Below, piece by piece: positions 20,501-29,356 of a DNA stretch of 64,000 nt (the first letter of the stretch is position 1; every line of letters starts with the position of its first letter). Position numbers and translations under genes: made by a program. Source of the DNA: a virus. Under the pieces are notes generated by a model. It was not told the origin of the DNA, ran no database searches, and was given only the letters and a program-made list of their open reading frames with translations. The stretch lies in the IMG/VR virus record IMGVR_UViG_3300044951_001887, positions 5,168-69,167 of that record; one strand, written 5' to 3'.

Positions 20501-21036
20501 TCATCGCTTTGGCGCAAGAGTACAAGAAGTGTGATGGCTGCGATTTGAGCGGTCAGCCACATCCAACCATTCGCTGCAAATCGACAGTCAAGTTCATGGT
20601 TGTCTCGGATTGTCCAAATTGGCAAGAAGAGAAAGCCGACAAGCTGCTTGAGGGTGACTCGGCTGACTATGTGAAGGCGGCAATCAAAGACGCTGGACTC
20701 AGCATCTCCGATGGCTACTTCACGACGCTGGTCAAGGCGAAGAAAAGCGACAAGTTCTTGAGCAATGCGCAGCTTAACGGTTGCCGACATTTTCTTGAGC
20801 GTGAAATCGAACTGATCAAGCCGGCGGTAATCGTTGCACTTGGGTCTGCCGCGATCAAACACTTCTTGCCCGGCACGAAGGGAAGCACGGCGGATTTGGT
20901 TGGAAAGGTTGTTTACGATCCGAACCTTGACGCCTCGATTGTCTGCGGCATCAATGCGCAGCAATGCTTTTTTGATCCAAACAAAGCAGACATTTTGGGT
21001 GGTGTTTTTGAGCGGGTTTCAGAAATTATTAACTGA
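17581..21036 (+). CDS. dnaE: DNA polymerase III alpha subunit with a C-terminal UDG-like domain
   Basis: PHP domain, GPGRGS, PDADLDF, GVFQFES, YGFNRSH; C-terminal CxxC..C/LEREIELIKP..IVALG. Confidence 0.95.
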   Translation: MSLRHAHIRSDFSIGKSLLQIDHAIERAKELGYESVTLCDEMSLHGMVDFSNKAKKAGIKPIIGCNLRVYDDPTYRKPPKSSGDKEKPNLSYQIKVYAMDERGIKSLLKLLSKAYSAEYFYYHARCGLDDVMALEGIAVSTGDFYNVFIHPNHDAIVATLHAKFATFVELVPIDTPLFDTLNGKALETIAKGNYPALVTYPTLYKDIGDGPTLDVLGCITTNTQMDVSYRPKQFVQDFAFLEPNILLDHVKKASKRVHQWGCLPVTSNRPAVWANGLKNIETLATICTYEFKKQDVCLPKMADNEFVTLGKKCIEGWLKRFSSSVMGHKPSPHELQTLYKPRLEFELGVLKKMGFSGYFLLVEDLVMWSKSNEIIVGPGRGSVGGSLVAYLLGITDVDPIRFKLLFERFINPDRLDLPDADLDFMSSKRHLVIEYLTNKYGKEYVAGISNYSTMASASALRDAGRMYGLSGLDLMATKLVPKEHGQSFTLTESAKAVSEIEQFKNDHPEVWIHALKLEGAMRSFGQHAAGLIVAGEPLVERAVVETRGESPVVNWDKRVVEDWGLIKMDLLGLSTLDVLEIAKRYIKERHGVTVDYLKLPIEEADVMAAFGRGDTTGVFQFESGGMKGLLRNLAKESPLTFEDITAATALYRPGPMDSGLMTDFIAIKQGLKSVYYDHPNMENALKDTYGVIVYQEQVMQVAVDLAGFTRAEADHLRKAMGKKDKDKMAEMRQKWVDGCGSKSGMNEERAGLLFDKIEAFAGYGFNRSHAVEYSIISVWTMWVRCRYPAEYFAACMSIVKEDKLPGLVMDAREYGIEVMPPDINVSCDRFTIPDDKHILAPFSSVMGISESTARRIVELREKNRDWKVIKTKNKRDGTTEDIWGLDEESPVKGRFDSFDEFTRVAAEPKSKVNSRVVDNLNLVGAFANIEPGSKPARHLDRRKVQTQLMPGLIIDSVKADRTTDVADKFLRTKIIALAQEYKKCDGCDLSGQPHPTIRCKSTVKFMVVSDCPNWQEEKADKLLEGDSADYVKAAIKDAGLSISDGYFTTLVKAKKSDKFLSNAQLNGCRHFLEREIELIKPAVIVALGSAAIKHFLPGTKGSTADLVGKVVYDPNLDASIVCGINAQQCFFDPNKADILGGVFERVSEIIN

Positions 21037-21110
21037 AGACAATCCAAAAATGTAAGTCAATAATGACTATAGTTTCAACGCAGCAAGCATTTATTAACAA
21101 GGAGATTCAA

Positions 21111-21881
21111 ATGAGCGATCCAAGTACAACCGACGACGAACTTGAGGCACTGATGGCCGAACTCGAATCGCAAAACGCCGCGATTGTGGAGTCTGCGAAA
21201 GTCGCCGAACCCAAACCGGAACCCAAGCCGGAACCCAAACCCAAACCGGAACCCAAACCGGAACCAGTCGTGACAGTCGAAAAAGAGGCGCCGGTTGAAG
21301 TGACGGAGCGGCGCATTGTCGCAAATGAAGAGGGCGATGTTATTCAGAAGCCGACATTCGAAAAGTCTATCGCTGTTCAAACGACAAGTCCCGCTGGATT
21401 GAAGCATTACGTGGATGTTGACGAGTTCCGCAAGGACACTCGCGTCAGCGAAACGAACCTGGACTCTTGCATGATGGAACAGAACGGTCTGCGCGCTTAC
21501 TACGGTACGCAAGCGGCCCAAGCTGAAGCGCAGGCTGCTCGCGTCAAGGCCAAGTTCGACGTGGTTGAGGCGACGATGTACGACGAGGTTCGCAAGGGTT
21601 TTGTCGCCGCCGGCGAGAAGACGACCGAGAAGATGATCGAAAACGCCGTCAAGATTGATCCGCGCTGGCTGAAGGCGAAAAACATGGTCATCGAGTCCGA
21701 GTCCATCGCCGCCATCAACAAGGCGCTGGTTCAATCGTTGTCCGACCGCAAAGACATGATCGTGCAGTTGGGCGCCGACAGACGTGAAGAGTTCAAAGGA
21801 ACGACACGAATTCTCGCGGAGCGAAATGAGCGTGAAGACCTTCGTCAACGAGCTTTGGAGTCAAGTCGTCGTGTTGCATGA
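21111..21881 (+). CDS. Helical protein, possible UvsY-like recombination mediator; EPKP repeats
   Basis: The helical C-terminal half resembles UvsY; it lies near ssb and recA. Confidence 0.5.
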   Translation: MSDPSTTDDELEALMAELESQNAAIVESAKVAEPKPEPKPEPKPKPEPKPEPVVTVEKEAPVEVTERRIVANEEGDVIQKPTFEKSIAVQTTSPAGLKHYVDVDEFRKDTRVSETNLDSCMMEQNGLRAYYGTQAAQAEAQAARVKAKFDVVEATMYDEVRKGFVAAGEKTTEKMIENAVKIDPRWLKAKNMVIESESIAAINKALVQSLSDRKDMIVQLGADRREEFKGTTRILAERNEREDLRQRALESSRRVA

Positions 21882-22437
21882 AGTTTGGAAGCGCGTTGTT
21901 GGGTACGAAGGTCTGTATGAGGTTTCTAATTTGGGTCGCGTGAAGCGTCTGCCTCGCGTTGTTGTGCGTGAGCAATATGGACGTACAACTTACCAGCACC
22001 TAAATGAAAAGCTTCTTACTCCAGTCTTGAGTGTGCCGTTGCCGTCCAATCAGGGGCGTTGTCGCGTTACGTTGTCGAAAGACGGCGCGGTAAAGCTTTG
22101 TTTGGTTCATGTGATGGTGCTTGAGGCGTTTGTCTGTGTGCGACCTTGCGTCGAATCGCAAGGCTGTCATAACGACAATGATCCTTTCAATAATGCGCTT
22201 TCCAATCTTCGGTGGGATACGAGACTCGGTAATGAGAAGGATAAAATTGCACACGGCACGCTTGCAAGAGGCGAGAGAAATGGTCACGCTAAACTAAGCG
22301 AAGATGATGTTACGGCAATAAGATTGAGACTGGCTGATGGCGAAACTCAGTTGGCTATAGCAAAAGACTACGGCGTGTCGAGATCATCGATCTTGCACAT
22401 TCACGTAGGTTCAACGTGGCGACACATTGCCGCATAA
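21871..22437 (+). CDS. NUMOD4-HNH endonuclease
   Basis: EVWKRVVGYEGLYEVSNLGRV; VH..V.EAF..CH.D..NN..NLRW. Confidence 0.9.
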   Translation: MLHEVWKRVVGYEGLYEVSNLGRVKRLPRVVVREQYGRTTYQHLNEKLLTPVLSVPLPSNQGRCRVTLSKDGAVKLCLVHVMVLEAFVCVRPCVESQGCHNDNDPFNNALSNLRWDTRLGNEKDKIAHGTLARGERNGHAKLSEDDVTAIRLRLADGETQLAIAKDYGVSRSSILHIHVGSTWRHIAA

Positions 22438-22453
22438 ATAGCTTCACAAGTGA

Positions 22454-22482
22454 TTGATAAATAAGTCACTTGTGACTATAAT
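22454..22482 (+). promoter_or_regulatory. Sigma70-type promoter with an operator in the spacer
   Basis: TTGATA-17nt-TATAAT; the spacer contains AGTCA-cttg-TGACT. Confidence 0.7.
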
Positions 22483-22573
22483 ACAAGGGCTGAAACGAGA
22501 CGGTGAAAGCGAATGTAGTTCGAAGCCACTGTCTCTAAAAGGCACTACTTAACTTTGAAAAGGAAACACACAA

Positions 22574-23398
22574 ATGGACGCAACCAAACTGATGGCAATG
22601 ATGAAGGCCAAGAAGGCTTCTCTGAAACAAAAAGCAAAGACAATCAAGCCGATTCCTGGCGAAAGTCGCTACGTGTTGTTGCCGGGCTGGCGCAAGAACG
22701 ATGAAGAGACTTACTGGCATGAATTCGGTCAGCATTACGTCAAGAATGCCGCCGGCGAAATTCAAGCCGTCTACCCTTGCCTCGACAAGACCTACGGCAA
22801 TCCTTGCCCGATCTGCGACGGTCTCAGCGCTGCGATTCGCTCCACCACCGACGACGCCACCATCGATCTGCTGAAGGAAGCCGCTTCCGGCCAGTCGTAC
22901 CTGCTGAACGTCTTGGTTTTGGGTACTGCCGATGAAGTGACGCCGCAAATTCTCGAAGTTCGCAAGACAGTCTTCAGCCAGATCGTTGACATCATTGACG
23001 AATGGGGCATGGCGATTTTCGATCCCGAAGCGCCGCAGGTTATCGTCATCAATCGCGTTGGCAAGGGTCTGAGCACCAAGTACACGGTGCAGATTTCGCC
23101 CAAGAAGCACGCTCTGCCGAAGGATGTGCTGTCGAAGCTGAACGATCTGGACGACTACGTTCGTCAAGAAAGTGAAGAGCAACAGCGCCGCGCCCTGAAT
23201 GCCATCAACAACGTTGCTGGTCTGCTGCCGAGTCGTGACACTCCCGCAACTTCTTCCAAGCCCGCTTACACGGCGGAAGAGATTGCTGAAGATGCCGCGA
23301 TGGGTCTTGGTGCTGGCACCGTCAGCGCAAGCAAGGGTCGCCCGGACATTGCGTTGGGTGACGAGCTGGACGATTTGCTCGACGAAATGGCCGCGTAA
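22574..23398 (+). CDS. gp32-like single-stranded DNA-binding protein
   Basis: H...C..YGNPCPICD Zn motif; acidic tail DELDDLLDE. Confidence 0.8.
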   Translation: MDATKLMAMMKAKKASLKQKAKTIKPIPGESRYVLLPGWRKNDEETYWHEFGQHYVKNAAGEIQAVYPCLDKTYGNPCPICDGLSAAIRSTTDDATIDLLKEAASGQSYLLNVLVLGTADEVTPQILEVRKTVFSQIVDIIDEWGMAIFDPEAPQVIVINRVGKGLSTKYTVQISPKKHALPKDVLSKLNDLDDYVRQESEEQQRRALNAINNVAGLLPSRDTPATSSKPAYTAEEIAEDAAMGLGAGTVSASKGRPDIALGDELDDLLDEMAA

Positions 23399-23415
23399 GC
23401 GTTAGCGATGCCACA

Positions 23416-23446
23416 GAAGCCCCTTTTCGGAGGGGCTTCATTTCTT
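23416..23446 (+). terminator. Rho-independent terminator
   Basis: GAAGCCCCTT-TTCG-GAGGGGCTTC followed by a T-rich tract. Confidence 0.75.
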
Positions 23447-23457
23447 CTGGAGTACAA

Positions 23458-24363
23458 ATGTCCAAAACAATGATTATCGACAGTAACTCTGTCGGTTATG
23501 CGGCGCACCATTCAACCAAGCTGACTTCTGGCGGTATGCAAACGCAAGCAGTCTTCGGCTTTCTGAGAACGATTCGCGACATCCACGTTGAAAACGCCGG
23601 CGCCAAAGTCATGTGCCTGTGGGATGGTCGCGCACAGTGGCGGTTCGACCTGAACCCTGAATACAAATCCAAGCGTACTGAAGACCCCAAGAAGGTCGTC
23701 GTCAAGGACGCTTACGAAGAGCAGCGTCCCTATATCGGCGTCGCACTGAACGCGCTTGGCGTGCGTCAGCTTACGGTTGCTGACCGCGAAGCAGATGACA
23801 TGGCAGGCTACCTCGTCAGGGTGCTTACAGTCGATCCGACACATGAAGTTGACCTGATTACCGGTGATCAAGACTGGATTCAGCTTGTGCGCCCTAACGT
23901 GACCTGGCGTGACCATCGCGACGATTCGCGTGTCGTTACGCTAGACACCCTGATGGACAAGACCGGTTACGCCACACCTTTAGCCTTTCTGGAAGGCAAG
24001 TGTCTGCATGGCGATACGTCTGACTGTATCAGTGGCGTTGGCGGTATCGGTAAAGACGGCGCACCCCCATTTTTGGCCGAGTTCGGCTCGGTGCGGGAAT
24101 TCTGGCGCCGCTGTGACTCGGGCGAATTCGTTCCGAAAAAGAAAGCGCATATCCGCCTTTGTAGTGCTGAAGGTCGAATGCTCTTTGGAAGAAACCTGCG
24201 CTTGATGCAACTGCTGAAAGTGGCACCGCCCGCAAAGAACTTGACCGACGTTGATGTTGGCAAGTTCGACAAGGACAGATTCGCACAAGTCTGCGAAGAG
24301 TTGGCTTTCGTCAGCATTCTTCGCAATCTGGATCATTTCGTAAAACCATTTATCAAGGAGTAA
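23458..24363 (+). CDS. 5'-3' exonuclease / flap endonuclease (T4 RNase H-like)
   Basis: IIDSN, YKSKR, EADD, TGDQD, GDTSDCISGVGGIG. Confidence 0.9.
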   Translation: MSKTMIIDSNSVGYAAHHSTKLTSGGMQTQAVFGFLRTIRDIHVENAGAKVMCLWDGRAQWRFDLNPEYKSKRTEDPKKVVVKDAYEEQRPYIGVALNALGVRQLTVADREADDMAGYLVRVLTVDPTHEVDLITGDQDWIQLVRPNVTWRDHRDDSRVVTLDTLMDKTGYATPLAFLEGKCLHGDTSDCISGVGGIGKDGAPPFLAEFGSVREFWRRCDSGEFVPKKKAHIRLCSAEGRMLFGRNLRLMQLLKVAPPAKNLTDVDVGKFDKDRFAQVCEELAFVSILRNLDHFVKPFIKE

Positions 24364-24366
24364 CAC

Positions 24367-25374
24367 ATGGGCGCAATTGAAAGTCTGGCCGACGCACTGA
24401 TCAAAGGCATCGGCGAAAATCACAATGCACAAGCGGTCGAAAACTTCATCGACACCGGCTACCCGCCGCTGAACAAGATCATTTCTGGCCGCTATGACGG
24501 TGGCTTGCCGATGGGCCGTATGGTTGAAATGTTCGGTGAGTCCTCAACCGGCAAGACGGCGCTCGCTACCGAATGGATGGTGCAAGCTCAAAGAATGGGC
24601 GGCGTCGCTGGCTTCATCGATTGGGAACGTTCTTTCGATGTGCATCTGGCCGAAGGCTTTGGTCTCAATACCGATCGTCCGTATTGGATCTATGCGAAGC
24701 CGAAGACATGGGAAGAGGGCAACATGATCGCCGCCAAAGCGTGTCAGTTGATTCGCGAAGCAAAGGCCATCCCTACCGCTGCGCCGATTCTTTTCGTGTT
24801 CGACTCCATCGCGGCGGCATTACCGAAGTCGGTCTCTGAAAAAGCGCTGGACGAACTGTCAATGAACGACACGACGGCGTTGGCTCGCGTCACATCCACC
24901 ACGCTGAAGTCGATGGCGCATTACTGCGAAGAATTCAACGCCACCTTTCTGTACTTGAACCAGATGCGTCTGAAGCCGGGTGTCGTTTATGGCGATCCGC
25001 GAACCACCCCAGGTGGCAAGGCGATGGAGTTCTACGCTTCTGCGCGTCTTGCTCTCGGTCGTCAAAAGCTGATGGATACCGTTGATGGTGACAAAGTCTT
25101 TGTCGGCCAGAACATCTCCATTCAAGCGGTGAAGTCGAAGTTCACCAAGCCGTTCGGCGAATGCTCTTTGCGCATGTCGTTTGACGAAATCGGCGTGGCT
25201 CGCTTTGACAAGATCGTGAGCTTGTTGGACTACTTGATTGACAAGAAGTTGATTGCCTATAGCAAACCTCGCGTTACCTGGACTGACGGCAAGCAGTATT
25301 ACACCAAAGCGCTTGCGGCCAAACTGACCGAAGAAAACGCATACGCTCAACTCTTGGCGCTTTTGCCGAAGTGA
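24367..25374 (+). CDS. recA: RecA/UvsX-like recombinase
   Basis: GESSTGKT, VFDSIAA, NQMR, TPGGKAMEFYAS. Confidence 0.93.
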   Translation: MGAIESLADALIKGIGENHNAQAVENFIDTGYPPLNKIISGRYDGGLPMGRMVEMFGESSTGKTALATEWMVQAQRMGGVAGFIDWERSFDVHLAEGFGLNTDRPYWIYAKPKTWEEGNMIAAKACQLIREAKAIPTAAPILFVFDSIAAALPKSVSEKALDELSMNDTTALARVTSTTLKSMAHYCEEFNATFLYLNQMRLKPGVVYGDPRTTPGGKAMEFYASARLALGRQKLMDTVDGDKVFVGQNISIQAVKSKFTKPFGECSLRMSFDEIGVARFDKIVSLLDYLIDKKLIAYSKPRVTWTDGKQYYTKALAAKLTEENAYAQLLALLPK

Positions 25375-25428
25375 CGTAAGTCAGTTGCCTCTACACTTGA
25401 TTTGTTTTTAACGTGTAGGGGTAATGAA

Positions 25429-25779
25429 ATGAAAGTCACCGTGATTGGTTTTATTCCGCCCATCGTTGGTACTGAGGCTGAATTCAATACGTTTCGATTG
25501 GGTGGTTTCTATGCGAGAAACCTTTCGCCAAATCAAGATGTCTTTCTCCTGAATGAGAAAGATAAAATTGTGTTTGGTCGGGCGGTTGTCGAATACGTTG
25601 AAAGTGGTCAGTTAGGCGAGCTGTGTTTGATCCACGCGCACCGAAACCATACCGAATTGAATAACGATCCGACTGATGCGCCGGCGAGATTGTTCGCGTT
25701 GCTGCAAAAGATATACGGGCCGCACATTTGTCACGCAGGAAAAAAATGCACAGTAATTCATCTTAGAAGGATTGAGTGA
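25429..25779 (+). CDS. Hypothetical protein (possibly ASCH/PUA-like)
   Basis: FNTFR..FG.A.V pattern; weak. Confidence 0.45.
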   Translation: MKVTVIGFIPPIVGTEAEFNTFRLGGFYARNLSPNQDVFLLNEKDKIVFGRAVVEYVESGQLGELCLIHAHRNHTELNNDPTDAPARLFALLQKIYGPHICHAGKKCTVIHLRRIE

Positions 25780-26309
25780 TGAGAATTGAAGTTTGGAAAG
25801 AGATTGTTGGCTTCGGTGGGGGTTACGAGGTTTCCAATCTCGGCAATGTCAGAAGTTGGCTTTCGCCGTCTGGTCGCGGCGTCAGACGAAAAGTGCCGCT
25901 TTTGCTTAAATTTCGCGAGATGCTTGGAGGCTACGTCGGAGTCACGCTACGCGGCAAGACGCACTTGGTACACGCTCTGGTTCTGGAGGCGTTCGTCGGC
26001 GCAAGGCCAGGACATTCGCGCAAAATTCACGCCTGTCATAACGACGGAAACCCTAAGAATAACTATTCTGAAAATCTTAGGTGGGCAACGGTCAGCGAAA
26101 ATCACGCAGATAAATTGCTACACGGCACAGACTTTCGCGGAGAGAGAAATCCAGCCGTTCGATTGAGTCAGTCACAAGTGAATGAAATAAAAGAGTGCCT
26201 GAAGGTTGCAAAATGGGGTGACGTATCACGACTAGCGGCAGAATATGGCGTAGATCAAACGACGATTTCCGACATTAAAACTGGCAGGTCTTGGGGAGAA
26301 GCAACATGA
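25776..26309 (+). CDS. NUMOD4-HNH endonuclease
   Basis: EVWKEI..YEVSNLGNVRS; ACHNDGNPKNN..NLRW. Confidence 0.9.
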   Translation: MMRIEVWKEIVGFGGGYEVSNLGNVRSWLSPSGRGVRRKVPLLLKFREMLGGYVGVTLRGKTHLVHALVLEAFVGARPGHSRKIHACHNDGNPKNNYSENLRWATVSENHADKLLHGTDFRGERNPAVRLSQSQVNEIKECLKVAKWGDVSRLAAEYGVDQTTISDIKTGRSWGEAT

Positions 26310-26647
26310 GCATCAAACTGAATGACTTTATGCCCTTTGGCAAATACAAAGGGCAAAGCGTCGAATACATTCTTGCTTCCGATCCCGGCTATCTGTGCTG
26401 GCTTCGCGAAGACAAGAAAAAGTCGGACACGATTGCTGGCACTAGACTATTCAGCGTGGCGACAAATGCAACGATCGATGCTGCAATTCTTGCTTCTCCC
26501 AATTTGAGCAGAAAATACAAAGCTTGGAATCTAACGCAAGCAGATGTGCCTAAAGCGATCAGCCGCCAAGTCAAAATAATCGAGGATCTTGTCGCAGCAA
26601 ACGCCGGCAGGGAGATTTCTTACGCCGATAGTTGGGGTTCGTTTTGA
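26306..26647 (+). CDS. Protein with an MPFGKYKG motif; C-terminus SWGSF
   Basis: MPFGKYKG..DPGYLCW. Confidence 0.65.
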   Translation: MSIKLNDFMPFGKYKGQSVEYILASDPGYLCWLREDKKKSDTIAGTRLFSVATNATIDAAILASPNLSRKYKAWNLTQADVPKAISRQVKIIEDLVAANAGREISYADSWGSF

Positions 26648-27021
26648 TAATTCGAACGCCGCTTTCCGTAAATCGTAAAAAGAAAGGCATGTTTTACGAC
26701 GTCGACGGCAAATGTCTGTTTCTGTCCTGGCAGTTCGGCGAGCGGGCAAAGGGGCTTGATTTCAAGAAGAACGCCTGGTGCATCGATATGTCCGACATTC
26801 GCGCCGCGAAACTCAAAGAGTGTGTCGCCATCGGTGTTGCTCATAAAATAGGCAAATCCGTCTTCTATTACCTGACGAATATCGAAGACATCGAAGGCGT
26901 TCAGTCGTTTGCTGGCTACAGCCGCGACCATTCCTACCAGCGGTGTCTTCCGCGCGATGCGTTCCCGGTGAACACAACCCGCAGCGCAGGCAATATCGAA
27001 AAAGCCATACGAATCAGATAG
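26632..27021 (+). CDS. Hypothetical protein
   Basis: ORF within the operon; start uncertain. Confidence 0.5.
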   Translation: MGFVLIIRTPLSVNRKKKGMFYDVDGKCLFLSWQFGERAKGLDFKKNAWCIDMSDIRAAKLKECVAIGVAHKIGKSVFYYLTNIEDIEGVQSFAGYSRDHSYQRCLPRDAFPVNTTRSAGNIEKAIRIR

Positions 27022-27108
27022 TCATTCCTGACTTACGTCTGTATAGTCTGTTCATCAAGAGGGCAAAGCGTTTTGCCCTAAAAAGTAAGTCACCACTTAG
27101 GAGTCATT

Positions 27109-27537
27109 ATGGAAAATCAAGATGTTATGGTTGTGGATCACAGTGATAACGTGACGGCTGGGGATATTTTTAAGTCGAAGCAGTACGGCGATAAGTTATT
27201 CATTGCCGAAAAGGTCGTGAAAGACGGTCAGGATGGTCAGAAAGTATGCGACGGCTGCTGGTTCATGAAAGGACTGAGAGACTGCATGGCCGCGCCGGAA
27301 TGCGCCATGCCCGACTTAATTTTCAAGCGCGTGAAAAAGAAAGAAATTCACGTCTGTAACACTTGTGGATCGCCGCGTGTCTTTGTTGATGCTTATGCCT
27401 CGCTAAATACCGATGAAGTGCGGACTTACGGCGATCATTACTGTGATGATTGCGCTGGCGGTTGTAGCGTCACGGAAGTCCAAGTCAAGATTAAATTCGA
27501 CTTGGCGACCGACTACTACAAGTGGCTAAAGTTATGA
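27109..27537 (+). CDS. Hypothetical Zn-ribbon protein
   Basis: Several CxxC motifs; AGGAG RBS. Confidence 0.55.
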   Translation: MENQDVMVVDHSDNVTAGDIFKSKQYGDKLFIAEKVVKDGQDGQKVCDGCWFMKGLRDCMAAPECAMPDLIFKRVKKKEIHVCNTCGSPRVFVDAYASLNTDEVRTYGDHYCDDCAGGCSVTEVQVKIKFDLATDYYKWLKL

Positions 27538-28628
27538 GTTCAGTCTACGGACTTATGGCTGACCTTCACGCGCACAACTGGAGCGCGTTTTCGAAGGTTG
27601 ATGAAAAGGGCGTGAATTCCCGCCTCGCTGCCCTTCTTTCGGAGCTGTCTCGCTGCGCTGAAGAAACAAAGAAAGCGGGCGGCGACATGATGATCATTGC
27701 GGGCGACATCTTCCACGTTCGCGGCTCGATAGCGCCGTCCGTGCTGAACCCGGTAATGGATGCTTTGCGCGCAATCAGACAAAAGGGTCTCGGCAATATC
27801 GTCATTTTGGCGGGCAACCATGACCTTGAAGGCAAAGAGTCGGATCGCGTATCGAGCGCAATCACGGCGCTTGAAGGTGCTGGCTGCAAGGTCGTGAACT
27901 CGACACACACCGGTCTTGAGGCTTTGGAGCGGGTTGTTTTGATCCCCTGGATTCCAAAAATCGAAGACCTGAAGGCTGCAATCACGGCCGCCGCCCTTGC
28001 TGATACAAATCCAAGAGAAGTTGATCTGATCATTCATGCGCCGGTCGATGGCGTGATCGAAGGTCTACCTGATCATGGGTTGTCGCCTGAGTGGCTGGCC
28101 CAAACGGGTTTTAGACGTGTGTTTTCGGGCCACTACCATCATCACAAGCTTCTCTACGATGGTGAGACTGGCACTTACGGCACCGATGTCTATTCAATTG
28201 GCGCCGTTGCGCACCACACTTGGAGCGACGTAAACAGCAAAGCGGGTTTTTTGATCGTTTCGGACGCCGGCGTGAAGTGGTTCAAAAGCCACACGCCAGA
28301 GTTTATTGAAATTAGCGGCGAAACAGATCCATCTGAAATTCCGCTGATCGTTGACGGTAACTTCGTTCGCGCAAAAATCAGTTCATCCAAGCAAAGCGAA
28401 GTTGAAGAGCTTCGATCCTACTTGATGGATTCCGGTGCGGCCGGCGTCGTTCTGATTTCTCAAAAAGAATCGTCCGTCACAGCACGAACTGGCTCCACCG
28501 TGAAGTCTGGCACTTCCGTTGAAATGAGCGTCGGTGAATTTATCAAAGCACAAAGCTACGCCAACCCAGAAGAGTTGGCGCGTCTTTGTGCGGGCATCTT
28601 GAGCGATGCAAGGAGTGTTGAAGTATGA
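27534..28628 (+). CDS. SbcD/Mre11-like nuclease
   Basis: ADLH, GDIFH, GNHD, SGHYH; upstream of an SbcC-like gene. Confidence 0.88.
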   Translation: MSSVYGLMADLHAHNWSAFSKVDEKGVNSRLAALLSELSRCAEETKKAGGDMMIIAGDIFHVRGSIAPSVLNPVMDALRAIRQKGLGNIVILAGNHDLEGKESDRVSSAITALEGAGCKVVNSTHTGLEALERVVLIPWIPKIEDLKAAITAAALADTNPREVDLIIHAPVDGVIEGLPDHGLSPEWLAQTGFRRVFSGHYHHHKLLYDGETGTYGTDVYSIGAVAHHTWSDVNSKAGFLIVSDAGVKWFKSHTPEFIEISGETDPSEIPLIVDGNFVRAKISSSKQSEVEELRSYLMDSGAAGVVLISQKESSVTARTGSTVKSGTSVEMSVGEFIKAQSYANPEELARLCAGILSDARSVEV

Positions 28629-29356
28629 CCATAGAGATGAAAACAAGGACGGCTGACGTCACGAATAGCGGCCATCGCACGTCGTTTCGATTTGATGTCG
28701 AAACGTGGGATGCGCTTGATGACATCGCCATTAGCGTTGGAATGAGTTGGGATGAGTGGGCGACCGAAGCGATTGAAGCAAACCCAACAGCGACAAAGGC
28801 GGCGGCTGTGCGTTATGCGCTTCAAAGCGCGCTTCGGAATGAAGTGAGCGATGCGGTAGATGGCCCTGCGTCCGCTCCAGAGGGATTAGTGCTCGGCCGT
28901 AAAGCGGCGGCGGAATTGTTAGCGCAGCAATTTGAGGGCAGAAGTGTCAAACAATGGACATTGTATCTTTTTAACAATGCGAACAAGTCGCGTAGTGTCG
29001 GCTACCGCATTCCGGTCGAGTATGCCGTGCGCTCACCCTTTTACAGATTGGCCGAACTAGAAAAGTTTGTCGAGTTCGAGCGTCAGCGACGGGCAGGCAA
29101 AATAAATCTGACCGGGCAAGCCGCCGAAATCTTTAAGGCGTGTGTAATAAACGCCGGGAAAACGAGCAAGGGGCGGCTCTGGAAGAGCGGGAGTGTCGAA
29201 TACAAAGATGGCGTCATTCAATTAGTTACGAATGATCCGTTTATGGTTTTTGCCCTGACGCCCGAAGAGGCGATTGAATTTGGACAACAACTGATAAGGA
29301 CGGTCGAAGAGGCGATTGAATTTGGACAACAACTGATAAGGACGGTCGAAGTATGA
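28625..29356 (+). CDS. Ribbon-helix-helix-type DNA-binding protein inserted between the sbcD- and sbcC-like genes
   Basis: GHRTSFRFD..TWDALDDIA N-terminus. Confidence 0.6.
   Translation: MTIEMKTRTADVTNSGHRTSFRFDVETWDALDDIAISVGMSWDEWATEAIEANPTATKAAAVRYALQSALRNEVSDAVDGPASAPEGLVLGRKAAAELLAQQFEGRSVKQWTLYLFNNANKSRSVGYRIPVEYAVRSPFYRLAELEKFVEFERQRRAGKINLTGQAAEIFKACVINAGKTSKGRLWKSGSVEYKDGVIQLVTNDPFMVFALTPEEAIEFGQQLIRTVEEAIEFGQQLIRTVEV
29264..29347 (+). repeat. Perfect 42-bp tandem duplication (EEAIEFGQQLIRTV x2)
   Basis: Read directly. Confidence 0.9.
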
